64,000 nucleotides of DNA, taken from NCBI GenBank assembly GCA_030390025.1, contig CM059443.1, positions 63,302,001 to 63,366,000 of the forward strand, in the 5' to 3' direction. Source of the DNA: Squalus acanthias (Eukaryota). Position numbers and translations under genes: made by a program. Positions 14,065 to 27,083 of this stretch are shown one piece after another (the first letter of the stretch is position 1; every line of letters begins with the position of its first letter). A model generated the notes under the pieces. That model worked only from the letters and a program-made list of their open reading frames with translations, ran no database searches and was not told where the DNA came from.

Positions 14065-14420
14065 CCCATGGGCGTTGGCGGCACTCTGATATCCCACCCA
14101 AGTGTCCAATCTTCATGTGTAAGCTTAGTTAGCAACGGTCAGAAGGCTATTTGGATGTGGAGGGCATCACAGTCAAGTCCAATCCTGTTTTCACTCGACA
14201 TCATGCACACAAAAATTCCAGAATGGGTCACTGAATGTTCCGTCACAGAAACAAGCCATTCAGCCCATCAAGTCTATGGTGGCTTACTGGATAGCGATCA
14301 GGAGCTGATTCTTCCCTCCACAGCTCAGAGGCCCCGAGTCATATGTAGCCCCTTGGGTGAGATCAGCTAGCAGCACAGACTGGGATTCAAACCTGGGGCC
14401 TTTTGGCTTGTATGGGTCAG
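14065..14420 (-). mobile_element. Ancient tRNA-derived SINE (AmnSINE2-like, tentative)
   Basis: Reverse-complement motifs CCAGGTTTGAATCCCAGTCTGTGCTG-CTAGCTGATCTCA and GCTCCTGATCGCTATCCAGT, shared with about 12 copies in the window. Confidence 0.65.
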
Positions 14421-15009
14421 TGCTACCTTGAGTGGCATCTCTACCACTACACTAGGTCATTGGCGGAACAAACCTACAGAAAAACTGTTTTAATGATCTG
14501 ACGTACAGATGTCTGGCCTCCTGGTCGGAGCCATGTTTCTGAGGTTGAGGAGTTCAGAAGCAATGTTTCAATGTTGAGTTTCAGCCCCGCGGAACTTCCA
14601 CCTGCACTCTGGTTCTTATTTTTTCTTTCTGACCAATAATCTTTCAACAGTTGCATATTGCTGATTTAATTAAAATATGCTACATGAATACCTGTTAGCG
14701 AATCCCTTAAAATTCGTACAATGTGTTATCCACCATGACAGAGAATGCCCCAAGGTGGATAATGCAAAATGGTGGACAATCAGGATTCCTCAAATGTTGG
14801 TCTTGGTAGGGCAATACACCACATACAGCAATGGAGGCGAATAAATAAAAAGCACAGAAATATTTCTTAGCTGTGAGGTTGATTTCTGTCAAACAAAAGG
14901 ATATTGGTGTTACTGGGCTGTGCAATAAGGCAGTACCTCGGTTAAGGCTGTCTGGCAAAACTCCTGGCAGATCATCAGGGAGAGAGTAAACTGGAACTTG
15001 GATAATGTA

Positions 15010-15450
15010 AAAAATTACTTTCTTTTATATAGCGCCTTATCACATCTCAGGATATCCCAAAGTCTTTCCGTCCATTGAATTACTTTTAACGTGCAGTCAC
15101 TGTTGGTTGTGTAAGCAAACTAGCAGCCATTTTGTGTACAGCAAGATCCACAAGCAGCAAATAGACGCATGACTAGTTAATCTGTTTCTGGATTTGTTGG
15201 TTGAGGTGGAATGTTGGCTGGGGCAGCAGGAAAAATCCCAGCTTTTCTTTGACTAGTGCCACTGGATCTTTTATGTTCACCTGAACAGGCTGATGGAGGC
15301 TCAGCTTAATTCAAAGGACGTTCTCTCCAACAAGGCAGCACTCACTCAGTACTGCACTGAAGTGTTAGCCTTGAATACGTGCTCACGTCCTGGACCCCAC
15401 AATCTTCTGATTCAGATGCAACAGTTCTACCAACTGAGGCCAAGCTGATA
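15010..15450 (-). mobile_element. Decayed Deu-SINE
   Basis: Head and body similar to the 41583 copy in reverse. Confidence 0.7.
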
Positions 15451-17249
15451 TAATGTACCTGAATGTAATTTTTCTTTTTGTAAATGTCCTCAATAAGATG
15501 CTGAGGGATTGAACACTTTCCAATTTGGGTTCCCAGTGTCAGCTTCAAGCATTCCCAGGTCAGGACAGCAGAGTTAGATGCAAAGTAAAGTGCTCACCTC
15601 TCTGCCCCAACAAGGTGCGGGAGAGCTCCAATCTCAGAAAATCACTTGTTACTCCACTAATGTGACATTTTTGCCACACCAGCCACCCTCTGGCCTCTGT
15701 GAGTGAGATTGCCAATTTAGTGCCAATTCCTGATGAGGCTTTCAGCTCATCAACTGAGTTATAGTCATCAAACTGTCTCAAGCATTTACTTTGAAGTGCA
15801 TGAACTATCACAAAATCCAACGTGCAAGTTAAAACTTTTCTGCTCCAGTGTAACCTCCTGGGCTTTTACGATAATGCCAATTGCAAAATAAGAGAACGAC
15901 CTATTCAGTGCAGCAACTTATCCACCAGATTTTACAGTACATTAAATTTACTTAATGCCCAGATTAGACGTTCTACTCTGTTTAACTTGATAGTTGTTGT
16001 GTTGTAATGACTTTTATTGCTGAATAATTATTTTGTATAGAACAACTTTTGCACGGTGCTGCAAAGAAGGTCGACTAGCTCGATTTCACACCCGTGATTG
16101 CCCAAAAAGATTATTCCAAGGTCTCCTGTGCTGTTAAAAAGACCTGGAACAAGAGAAAAGCGAGAGAGAAAAATCAAAGAACTCAAGACCATTCCTTCAC
16201 CTTCTACCAACTGGATCAATAGTGAAGGAGGCAGATGCCTGTGCCTCAGAGCAGGTCACCTGCCTGCCTATTCTCTCAGTCAGAATGGTGTGGAGAAACA
16301 CTTGACAGAGGCAAGAAAGCAAATCGAAAACAGAATGCAAAAACAAGCAAGACACTGTACACTGGATAAAACATAATATCCTAAGTGTGCATACCAAACA
16401 ACAGTAAGGCTCAGAAAGCCAAGTTTCATTTGTCAATGCTTAAACACAAGAGTGTGGCAGTGATGTATGATTCTGAACGAGTCAACACAAAAAGGAACTG
16501 ACAGGCTTTAAGTGTGGGGCATGTGTCGCCATTCACTCTGAAATTCATTTACCACTTCATGTCGAGGATCTGCTTCTGTCAGTCCACGGGGAACATAATA
16601 CAAAGTCATTTGCTACTGTAATGTCTCAAACCAAAATAACTACAGCAGGTGACACCCTATCTACAAGGGAAGGGGGATGGTGACAGCTAATGATAAAACA
16701 ACGCACTGCTCACCACTCTGATCCACAGATGTCACTTTCCAGCCTCATGACAAACTACAGGTCTGACAACTCACTTTACATTGCAGGGCATTTCCAACTT
16801 TTTCCCCTTGTTGTGACAGGCAACAAAATTAATTAAACCCCAGACCTGGGATCTGACACTCCTGTATATTGCCTTCTATTTGTTGATTACTATTGATTTT
16901 CTTTGATACTTCATTTAAAAATCAATAGCTGGAAAGAAAAATAGGCATGGTTTACACATACTTAAACATACGAATGCATGCTGGAAGGAGCTGTAGTTTT
17001 GGCCAGGCGCTGGCAGCCAATTATGAGAAAAGCTCTTAACAGGTGAAAGCAAGGGCTCCAGATCGATTTTCAGTTTTCTTTTCCAATCACAGAAAGTGGC
17101 TATAAATTAGGCTCATCAGTGTATTTTTAAGATAACCCATGAAGCAAATAACTTCATGCTTTTATTTTTAAACCAAAAAAAAAAATCCTGAGCTTATTAG
17201 TTTTTTTTTAAGGATAAAGGTGTCATATTGAGAGGATGTCTAATATTAC

Positions 17250-17386
17250 CTGGAGTTCATGCGTGTTCGAAGTTTCTTGGCCTTCTTCCTGACTTTTTGC
17301 TTCTCCTCCGCATCCTTTGACGATTCTGGGTGCACACAGGTCTCGGGCACAACATCCATAATGTATTTCTTGCAGGACAGATGTTC
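17250..17386 (-). CDS. SCAPER: SCAPER internal exon (EHLSCKKYIMDVVPETCVHPESSKDAEEKQKVRKKAKKLRTRMNS-R)
   Basis: 137 nt, ttttcatcAG/GTAATA, phase 0-2; matches recalled human EHLSLKKYIIDIV...KKKAKKIKARMNFR; follows a ~20 kb intron. Confidence 0.93.
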
Positions 17387-17529
17387 CTGATGAAAAAAAA
17401 TGTAAAAATGATCAATTTCTGAGACAAACTTTCCCTTTCAGTGGAACTCAAAGTTCCATCGTGTATAGCTCTGGACCAGTCAGTCATTCACGCCCTAGTC
17501 TTTTACAAAGGCCTTTAGAAGCTCCACTG

Positions 17530-17850
17530 ATGGCCTAATGAGTGAAGGCATTGTGCAACTCAGATAGAGGTGTCCCAGGTTCAATTCCCAGTGCATGCTG
17601 AATTAGCTGGTCTTAACCAGGGAAAGTTACAATTGTTTGCAATATCTCAGAGAGGAAATCAGTCAAGGCTCCCATTTGTAATCACTAACTAGTCAGTCCA
17701 GCTGGAAAAAGTTGGGTATGGACAAGATCAGACTCTGCTGTGATGACCCTTGCTGTAGAGCACGTGGATGTTACTCTCCGGGCTCACACGTGAAGAATGG
17801 CCACTTGGGCAAGATATCCATGGAGCTGCATCGCAGCAAGAATCGGTGTC
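17530..17850 (+). mobile_element. Ancient tRNA-derived SINE (AmnSINE2-like, tentative)
   Basis: GTCCCAGGTTCAATTCCC...GCTGAATTAGCTGGTCT...GGCTCACACGTGAAGAATGGCCACTTGGGC. Confidence 0.65.
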
Positions 17851-17966
17851 TTTTAAACCTTTAAAATGCTGTTGGTAAAATTTCCCATCTGAAACTCCAA
17901 CAATGTATGATAAGCCTAATGGTATACATCAGTTTGCAGATATTCTATGCCAATAGAATTCTATTC

Positions 17967-18393
17967 GGGTCAGCCATGGCTCAGTGGGTAGCACTCCTCG
18001 CCTCTAAGTCAGAAGGTCAGGGGTTCAAGTCCCACTTCAGACACTTGAGCGCAAAAATCTAAGCTAACACTCCCAGTGCAGTGCTGAGGGAATACTGCAC
18101 TGTCGGAGGTGCCGCCTTTCAGATGAGACACTAAGCCGAGGCCCCGTCTGCTCTCTCAGGTGGACGTAAAAAATCCCATGGCACTATTTTAAAGAAGAGC
18201 AGGGTGTTCTCCCCGGTGTCCTGGCCAATATTTATCCCTCAATCAACATCACAAAAAAGATGATCTGGTCATTATCACATTGCTGTTTGTGAGGGCTTGC
18301 TGTGCGCCAATTGGCTGCCACGTTTCCTACATTACAACAGTAACTACACTTCAAAAATACTTAATTGGTTGTAAGGCGCTTTGGGACGTCCTG
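17967..18393 (+). mobile_element. Deu-SINE (SacSINE1-like), near full length
   Basis: A/B boxes, Deu core, L2-like tail; closely similar to the 41583 copy. Confidence 0.88.
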
Positions 18394-19119
18394 TTTGCGT
18401 AGCATGTTGTATCTGGCACTACATGGTTCAGTTTGGAATCGTAACACAGGAGGTTAAAATCAGTTCTGTTCACGCAGGTTGCTGCTCAACCTCCAGTAAC
18501 TTATAGCCGCACAGTGGGGCATCTAAAAGAAGTAAATACATTTACACAAGCGCACACCATTGGGAAATGACGTTTCTGAGACAGGAAAGAAAACAATTTC
18601 ATATTCACGTACGCTCAGCTAACTCAGTAGATTACCAGAGGTTGAAGCTGAAACTATCCTGGTCTTATGATCCAGTGTCACATCACATGGTGATTTCATC
18701 AATGGACGCACTATAGAGCCTGAATGCCATGTGTATTTGATTTTGCTTCAGGTCTCTGGATCTATATGCTGCTTTCAGTGTGCTAAGTCACTGGCTACTC
18801 AGCAGGTGCACAGTGATTTTATGACACAGCGCTGTGTTACTTAGGCTAACTTCAGGACTCTGTGGCCTATATTGCTGATCAGAGTTACTTGAAAATCAAC
18901 ATTACCCATTTAAAACAATTAACTCTGATGTTAAAAAAACCCAGAAAATTTAGGCTTATTGCACTGTCACTGACTGCTCCACTACCTCGTTTGCATTCTC
19001 CTGCAGTTTTCTCAGCACTGACATTGTAGAAATCCTTAGAGACAGTACCAGAGTATTACATTTTTTTTTTACTGAATTATTGTGCTTTTCTAGATGAGCA
19101 ATATCAGTGCTGGTATCAT

Positions 19120-19435
19120 GTATTAGTCAAACACAGCACAGTCAGATTGAAAGCAAAGTTCGATCTACCCAATAAGATATCTTAACCCCGGTTGAGAAAG
19201 ACATTCCCTGCTGAACCAATGTCAATCCTTCTATTTAAAACATTAGCCAATCTTATGGCCTCTTTGGGTGAGATTGCTAATTTAGCACTTTTTTGTGCCA
19301 TAGACTGAATCTGCCCAAACTCATTTCACAAAGGATCCTTATAGCCCCCAGGGAGAGAATTTTTTTATATTTCTTCATCTGAGCTAAATTCTAACTCATG
19401 TCCTAGAGATGAAAGGACAGTGATTTAATGAACAC
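19120..19435 (-). mobile_element. LF-SINE-like relic
   Basis: Reverse complement has CCTTTCATCTCTAGG head and TGTGAAATGAGTTTGG, resembling the recalled LF-SINE consensus. Confidence 0.55.
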
Positions 19436-19680
19436 ACTTCACCCCGACTTCCCATGTACCAGAGTATTTTAAAGAGCTTATTGCTGCTTTATTGGGGATG
19501 GCATGACACACTGAGATAATGTCAGACTGGAGTTGAGAAAAGATAGCTTATTTCACTCAGCCTTAAAGATAGTAGGCAAGAACTAAAATTAAAAAGATTC
19601 ACATAAAGACAAAAAGGGGCTGGATATCAAACAATGGGATACAGTTCTACTAACATTTTAAGCAACCTGCCATTATAAAA

Positions 19681-19920
19681 GTGTCAGCCTTGGCTCAATG
19701 GTAGCACTCTCGCCTCCAAGTCAGGTCGTCGTGAGTTCCAAGTCCCACTCCAGGACTTGAGCACATAATGCTAGGCTGGAATTTCAGTGCAGTACTGAGG
19801 GTGTGCTGCACTGTCGGAGGTGCCGTCTTTCGGTTGAGACCCCGTCTGCCCCTCGCAGGTGGATCCCTTGGCACCTTCTCGGTGTCCTGGCCAATATTTA
19901 TCGCTCAACCAACATTACTT
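19681..19920 (+). mobile_element. Deu-SINE 5' portion with internal deletions
   Basis: GTGTCAGCCTTGGCTCAATGGTAGCAC...GCACTGTCGGAGGTGCCGTCTTTCGG. Confidence 0.75.
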
Positions 19921-22900
19921 AAGCAACCGAATTTCAATGGAGGATCCATAGTAATAGAGAGCACGAGATATAACAAAGAGCGCCAACAATATTTGTAGCA
20001 AATCAGGCAAGGGCAATATTCTCCTCTATCGCTGGGATTGTTAATAAGAGTCTCCAGTACTTTACATTGACAGCCAGGAGGTCATTGTACAACTAAATTT
20101 GAAACACAATGTATATGGAGCAAATTCTGCAGTTCAAATTGAACCTGGCAATTCTATGAATATTTGCTGAATTGGCCATAATAATTCAACTTTCTGTATA
20201 AATTGAACATTTTATTTAAAAAAAAATATATGCAAACTTGTTGTTTCTGATGTACCAACACAAGTGGCACCAGTTAAGAACTAGGCTCAGTATCAGCAGT
20301 GTATTTGTTATGGGGGGGGGGGGGGGCGGGACACTTAATTTATGCATGGAGTTAGGAATCCCAAATTAATCTAATCCTCTGCTGTTGAAGTCCTTTGGCA
20401 TATTGGCTCTAGGTTCTGTTTATGGGTCATTTGTGCACATCAGAACACACAGCAGCTTCTATGCAAATGGCTAAGCAAGTAAACCACTCCACTAAATTTC
20501 AGGAGTTGTTGGAACTGTGATTAGGGACAGATCAATTGTCACTGCAGCCAGAGAACTGAAAGTATGGTGTAATATTACACTGGGAGTAAGGAGATTAGAG
20601 GTCAATATCAAAAGGTCCATTAGAAACAATACAATGTTTGCTGCTGGCAAATACTTCTTTAAAGATCACCAGAATGACAGTAGGTAGAAAACAGTAAGTA
20701 CTAGTTGCAATACTAGTTACATCATTGCTCTGTAAGTAATTGTTGATTATTTCTTGATAATCACTGACTATGACACAATCATTAATCCTTGAGCAAACAC
20801 CATCATGCATCAATGACTTGCTACAAACTGATCATAAGAGTTCACACGGAGAGTAGCTGTCAGTTCAAAAAAACTGAATAAAATCATCATTAATTTCAGA
20901 GTTTAAAAAAAACACTGCATACCCAAATAAAGAGAACCACAAAAGGTGCCATCTAGACACAATGCGCTTACTGGACTCAACAAAGTGGAGCAATACACAC
21001 TGGAGCAATTTCAAGGCTGTCCTTCGAGTCGGGACAAGTTGGCAAGCCCCATTCTCCATTACCTCACATTCTCACATTTTTCTTTCTTCTCTGTATCTGT
21101 CTTCAGGTGTCTCTGTCACATCGGACCAATCTCAGGCACGGGGAAAGATGAAATATTAGGCAACCGGCTTCTAGGCTTTTACTGCATCACTGCTCTGCAA
21201 TTTCGCCTCCCCCATCATGCTCTGATAATCGCTCCCGTGAAGGACCTTGGGACATTTTACTATGTTAAAGGTGCTATATAAATGTAAGTTGCTGTTGTTG
21301 CAATCAGCTACTAAGATGAGCATGAGAGTGGTCCATGATGACTGGTACATTGATCATCATGAGCTTCTTGATGTTTCCACTCAGCATGTTGCAGGAAACT
21401 AGTCAAGACCCACAACTCAATGTATAGTGACCACTGATGTATATGCATACTCTAGAACTCTACACTATCCATACTGGTACACAAACCTACCGAGCTACCG
21501 CTTAGCGCACCCATTTCAACTATTACAATTTAACAAAATGTTACTTAGCCAGATCAATTTCCGATGCCTATTTTGTTAATTCATTGTATATTTTGATTGT
21601 TTAAGTGCTTGCAGGAGTGCCCATCAAGTTACTTGGCTAGGCTGTGCATGCCTTGGGAACAATGTGCGTTTAAGAATTGAGGCTATTTATTTGGTATTAG
21701 TCCCGAAGAATCAGTTTGGCTTGTGTAACAACGTCTAACCAGTGGTTCAAAGTTGTTTTGCTAGCTTATTTCACCTCCCCTATCATGCTGGACTGTATTC
21801 TCTCAAGGGAAGTGATTGAAGATCCCTCTATCCCTGTTAAACTAGGAATTTGTTCCATTTGTTAGGTAGCATCTCTGCTTTCTCATTGAAATTTGCATTT
21901 TGTGGACCTGAAGGGTGGGAAGAACGTTTAATTTTCAAGATTTCTGGTTCGTATAGGTTCTTCATGAATCAGTTCTACATGTGTGTACTCCAGTGAAGAA
22001 CTAGACTGTTGGAAGTACAGACTTTTGGGTAAGACATTAAATGGAGGTTCGATCTGTCTGTTTCAATGGTAAGGATCCTCTGGGACTATTCGAAGAGCAC
22101 AAAGTTCTCCTGATATTGGCCGACATTCTTTCCTCAAACAATACCACCAAAAAAAAATTAAGTGGTCATTTCATCTCATTGGTGTTTGTAGGACAATGCT
22201 AGTGCAGAATGGCTGATGTGTTTGCTTATGTAACAAGTCAATGCACTCCCAAAGTAATTCACTGTGTGAGGCACTTTGACGTTACTGTCGTCCCTTATCA
22301 AGTAGTAAGTCAAGTGATTCTTTCTTTTAAAATGTACAACTTTTTAAATTTCCATACCACTTCCTAACCATTAACAGGCTATCTATTTACCTCTGTACAA
22401 TACTGATTATAAATATACTTCCTGGGATATTTCCAACTCAGCTGTTTACAGAAATATCCACCATGAGCCTAACCTGTGTAAATATCATCTCTGCTCCTTA
22501 ACCATCCCAAATGGTTGCCCATTTAATTGAAACAAAGAACCTTTTTGCATGATGGCACTGTTCTGTCTTTCAAGTTATTTTCCCCCCATTGTCTAATCTT
22601 CTTAGGACCCCGCACCGACTGTGGTTGACCTACTATTGGACGCCCGTCACTGCCACTCTAAACTGGCCACTACAACACTGACCCACTAATGTCTGATTTT
22701 CTTTTATCCCTGTGCGAATTGTTGGGACTCTGTTCGCCATATCCCCACAGTGATGCAGCGGAGACGTAGAACTTTGCAGTGGCGGGAGGGGAGTCAGATG
22801 AGCAGAAGACAAGATCACATCACTCTCTGGTGCTATTCCAACCATTAATTTTTATGCATCCTTATGTATAGAGAGAGTTGCAGACTCATGCACTTACGCA

Positions 22901-25900
22901 CCTTATAGGAGTGCATGGTATCTTACCATCAGTTGTGTAAATGTTGAGATGTGAACGTAAGCCAGAATACAAACATTTGTCATTTCACTGGAAGCTATAT
23001 TTGCTGGCGTTACAATTGTCGCGACTGTGCTGATTTTGCAAGAATACTCCGCAAAGTAACAAAATTGCATTGCATAAATTCACAGTGTTTAATAGTTTCT
23101 CTCACCCTCACACAAAAGGTCACAATTTTTTACAGACTCAAAATAATTAGAACTCTGAAATTTGCCAAATAAATTGGCAGGCATTAAATGGAGAGGCAAT
23201 ATTTTTTGTTCAACTAGCAGGGCTTGACTTATTGCATTTACGAGTTTTGTTTGATAGGATACTACAAAATGTAAAATGGATTCTGAAGAAAGCCCACAGC
23301 GGAATGATTTAATGCACATTTGATGGAGAAAAGCAGTCAAAGTAAAAAAAAAATGCACTGATACATTATTTTATTGTACGTCTGTCTTACTGCCAGTCCT
23401 CAGCACTATGAAAATAAACCTGCAGAAAAATAACATGCAACGCTGTAAGCATTGAATGCATTGCACAACTAACTCATGTTAAAAAGCATCCAACCATAAT
23501 TCTGTGATTTATAAGAACATAGAAATAACAAGAGATCCTGAAACCTAATCACCACAGCTCTGGTGATAATGGGAGCGGAAGAAAATGAAATGCAACAAGT
23601 TGTATTTTTTTTTTTAAATTTCCAATTTTGTAAAATCTTATTTTTATCTCCAGCTTTCTCCTCTTCTAATTCATGATTGGACATAGCCACTGGCTTCCCT
23701 TCAGTACTTCACCCAAATGGCTGAGAATGTAGACAGTGAGTGTCACCAGCCTATTCTTCCATGGGTGTAGCACAGTCGAGCACGATCCTGTCATCATCTG
23801 ATGCCCACAGAAGCAATGGATTGTGATCGCGGATGGGAACCCCTTGCTGGTTTTCTCCTTGCTAGCCCAGGGGCACTGAAACCCAACTGCAGGGCCTTGT
23901 CACTGCTCCAGAGGTTGGCTTATGTAGAAAATGTTCGGAATCAAACCCAAGATCTTCCTGGTATCTATGGCTCGGTTCCAGATCAGACAGTGCATTCATC
24001 TACAAAGCCATTAGGGGAGCTCTTTTAAATTTTAATAAACATTTTTGCTAACCTATGAGAAAGGCATTAGAGTTCACGAGCACAAGTTCCACTAGGAAAT
24101 TATGGGTCTTTCAAACTTGTGAAACAAATCCTGTACTCTAACATGATCTGTCTAATATCCTCAATATTGTGGATATTAAAATTCTGTATGATAATTTTTT
24201 ATGCAATCATAAAATAATGTATTCATAATCCATAAACTGAAGAATTACATTAACGTGCAAGATCTGCATAACATCATGTCACAACACAGCCTTGGATAGG
24301 GTAGAGATATACTAAAGCTTCAGCATTCAACTGCTCGCATAGATCTAAAAGCAACTTTTCAATTCCTACAAAACAAGTTTTTAAAAATAAAGTCACTTGT
24401 GTGTACAATAGACACAGGGTCTGCTGGTGCCGGGTCTGGTATTGCACACACAAGTGACTTACAGTACAATAATATCACAATACTGCTCCAGTTCAAGGCA
24501 GGTAATTTGATTGCGACAATAGTCAATGGTAAAAATACTCGACAGAACCAGAACAGGACCATCCTAATAAAACTTCACCATGTAAGTGTTATAGAACACA
24601 GACTAGAATGTGTCTGAAGTACCACATGATACAGTCCAGATTATACTGATAAGACACGGACATTTGATTTCACTGTGAACCTTAAGATGTACCACACTGT
24701 GTGCCTACTTGTGTAAGTGACTGGCAGTGAGTTACAACACAGATTCAAGCAAGTTGTTTCAATGATATAGAACCATCAGAGCAAAGCTTAAACAATTTAT
24801 AAATATCAACTGAAGATGGACATTTTAGTTTCCTTCCTATATCCAGATCAACGCAGTAAAGGCAGCGGGCTATAAGGGAAAGGCTTAAAGCGTCATAGTA
24901 CCTAAAGGGTTGAGCTATCTAAAATGTTTGGTATAGTCATTTTCCCCTTTGACAGTGGAACAATAAACATATTGTACAGTATACACACTGGTACAGAGTG
25001 GAGCACAGAGATTACTCCTCTCGTGCTAAATCGGTGGTGTGCTGCTCCGTTGAACCTTGGGCTGAGAGTTAAAACCTGGATATCCTTCACTGCCATGACC
25101 ATCTTCTTCCACCTCGAGCGCATTGCTGCTCCACCACATCCCTCCTGCACTGAAATCTTTATTTATGCTTCATGACCTTAAAGAACAACCTTTCAAATAC
25201 TCTCCTTGCCAATCTCCCCTCTCCACCGATCACAAACTAAGGTAATCCAGACTTCTCTGGTCCGAAATCTCTCCCGCACAAAGTCGCAAAGGCCCATCAC
25301 CTCCTCCCCCATCTTCTCAAAAATTCTACTTGAGGCCTGTGCCCCAGAAATCTGATTTCAAAGTCCTCATGTTCAAACCCCTCCATGGTCATCCTCCTCA
25401 CAGCGAGGAAGTCTTTACCAACTCTGCACACCAGCCCATAGCAACTTGAATTCTGTTACTATGTGCTTGAACACTGTTGGTTTCCAGCTCCCTCCACTGC
25501 ACCATCAGAGGCCAATCTTTCAGCAACTATGTCCCTGCCTCTGGAATTCTTTTCCAAAACCACTTCACTTTGCTACCTTTCTCCTCATCTTCTCAAGCCT
25601 TTATTACTTTTTAACCATGGCTTTTGGTATTTTCTTCCCAAATACCTCCCAACATCTAATCCTAGTTGGTGTCCCTCCTGCTCCTTGTAAAGTGTTTTAA
25701 GATGTTGTCTAAACGAGGAGTGCTATGTAAACACCCGTAAGTCCTTGGTGTCTGTCACTGATGAACTGCAATCTCTTCCTTACATGGAACAAACTCCGGT
25801 CCCTATGATGTTTATTTTTATTCATGGTCGAACAATTTATCATGAAACTTAATTAATAATTAATTAATTAAGTTTTGGTGCATGTTCTTACTTCCAAAAT

Positions 25901-26369
25901 AGGAAAGCAATAAACAAATTCTCCAAAATATATTTTTATCCCAGGGACTGTTCAGGCCGTGAACAAAATGTGCTTAAATTAAACCAAGTAAAATGTGTGA
26001 ATTCCACCCACTAACAAGACAATGAAAATAAAAATCATATTTCAAAGGCCATATTATTTTTAAGAAACAAGGAGGCAACCTAGAACTTGTAATTTGCCTG
26101 CTCCAGTGGCACAACCTGGGTGAGATAATGCAGGATCCCAGGTGATAGAGCAGTGCCCAACTTGTATCCTGGAACTACCCAATCAGACTACTAATTATAC
26201 CAGCCCAGAAATAACAGCAGACAAATGTATAACATGCTCATGACATTCCTCTGTCTAGTATTTCAACAGAGGCACTTCGTTGTTTTTTAAAAAGTACCAC
26301 TGCTGTTCTGAATCTTAGGAAACTGGAGCATTGATCTTAAGGGTAAATAGCATTGTTTTATTCTTATAC

Positions 26370-26650
26370 CATCTTCCCTAATGTAACCAAGGGAAATAAG
26401 CTTTCACCCTCATCTCAGAACAGCACCCCTTACTGCAACAGCATAAATGTATACACTTTCACATCAGCCATTCCTGTGGATTCCCTGACACCCGAGACTG
26501 GCAATTTAATGATGAATTATGGTCAGTTTTGTGCAGTGGAAGTGAAATTGGACTGGCCAAACTCATTTCACATAGGATATTAGTAATCAGCAGAGAGAGA
26601 AGACTCTCAACCCAACTATCGGGACTGAATTCAAACCCAGGGAAAAAGAA
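26370..26650 (-). mobile_element. LF-SINE-like relic
   Basis: ccaaactcatttcacatagg at 26557, reverse complement CCTATGTGAAATGAGTTTGG. Confidence 0.55.
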
Positions 26651-27083
26651 CAGTGTGCCAGATCCCTGCTCCCAGATCCCGAGAAAGAAAGAAGTGTGGC
26701 AGATCCCTGCTCCACCAGATCCCTAGAAAGAAAGAACAGGGTGCTAGATCCCTGCTCCACCAGATCCCTAGAAAGAAAAAAGTGTGGCAGATCCCTGCTT
26801 CACCAGATCCCTAGAGAGGAAAGAACAGTGTGGCAGATCCCTGATCCACCAGATCCCTAGAGAGGAAAGAACAGTGTGGCAGATCCCTGATCCACCAGAT
26901 CCCTAGAGAGGAAAGAACAGTGTGGCAGATCCCTGATCAACCAGATCCCTAGAGAGGAAAGAACAGTGTGGCAGATCCCTGATCCACCAGATCCCTACAG
27001 AGGAAAGAACAGTGTGGCAGATCCCTGATCCACCAGATCCCTAGAGAGGAAAGAACAGTGTGGCAGATCCCTGATCCCGAGGA
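26649..27083. repeat. Minisatellite, ~46-bp unit, about 9 copies
   Basis: Unit AACAGTGTGGCAGATCCCTGATCCACCAGATCCCTAGAGAGGAAAG repeated in tandem. Confidence 0.95.

Noticed and set aside
1-17249. Next SCAPER exon (AKEYESLME...SPYKAK-like)
   Set aside because: Not found by eye; probably beyond the window start, though a short diverged exon could have been missed
20312-20330. G-run / G-quadruplex
   Set aside because: Isolated homopolymer with no supporting context, and prone to length error
26649-27083. CRISPR-like array
   Set aside because: No unique spacers and a eukaryotic context; it is a plain tandem repeat
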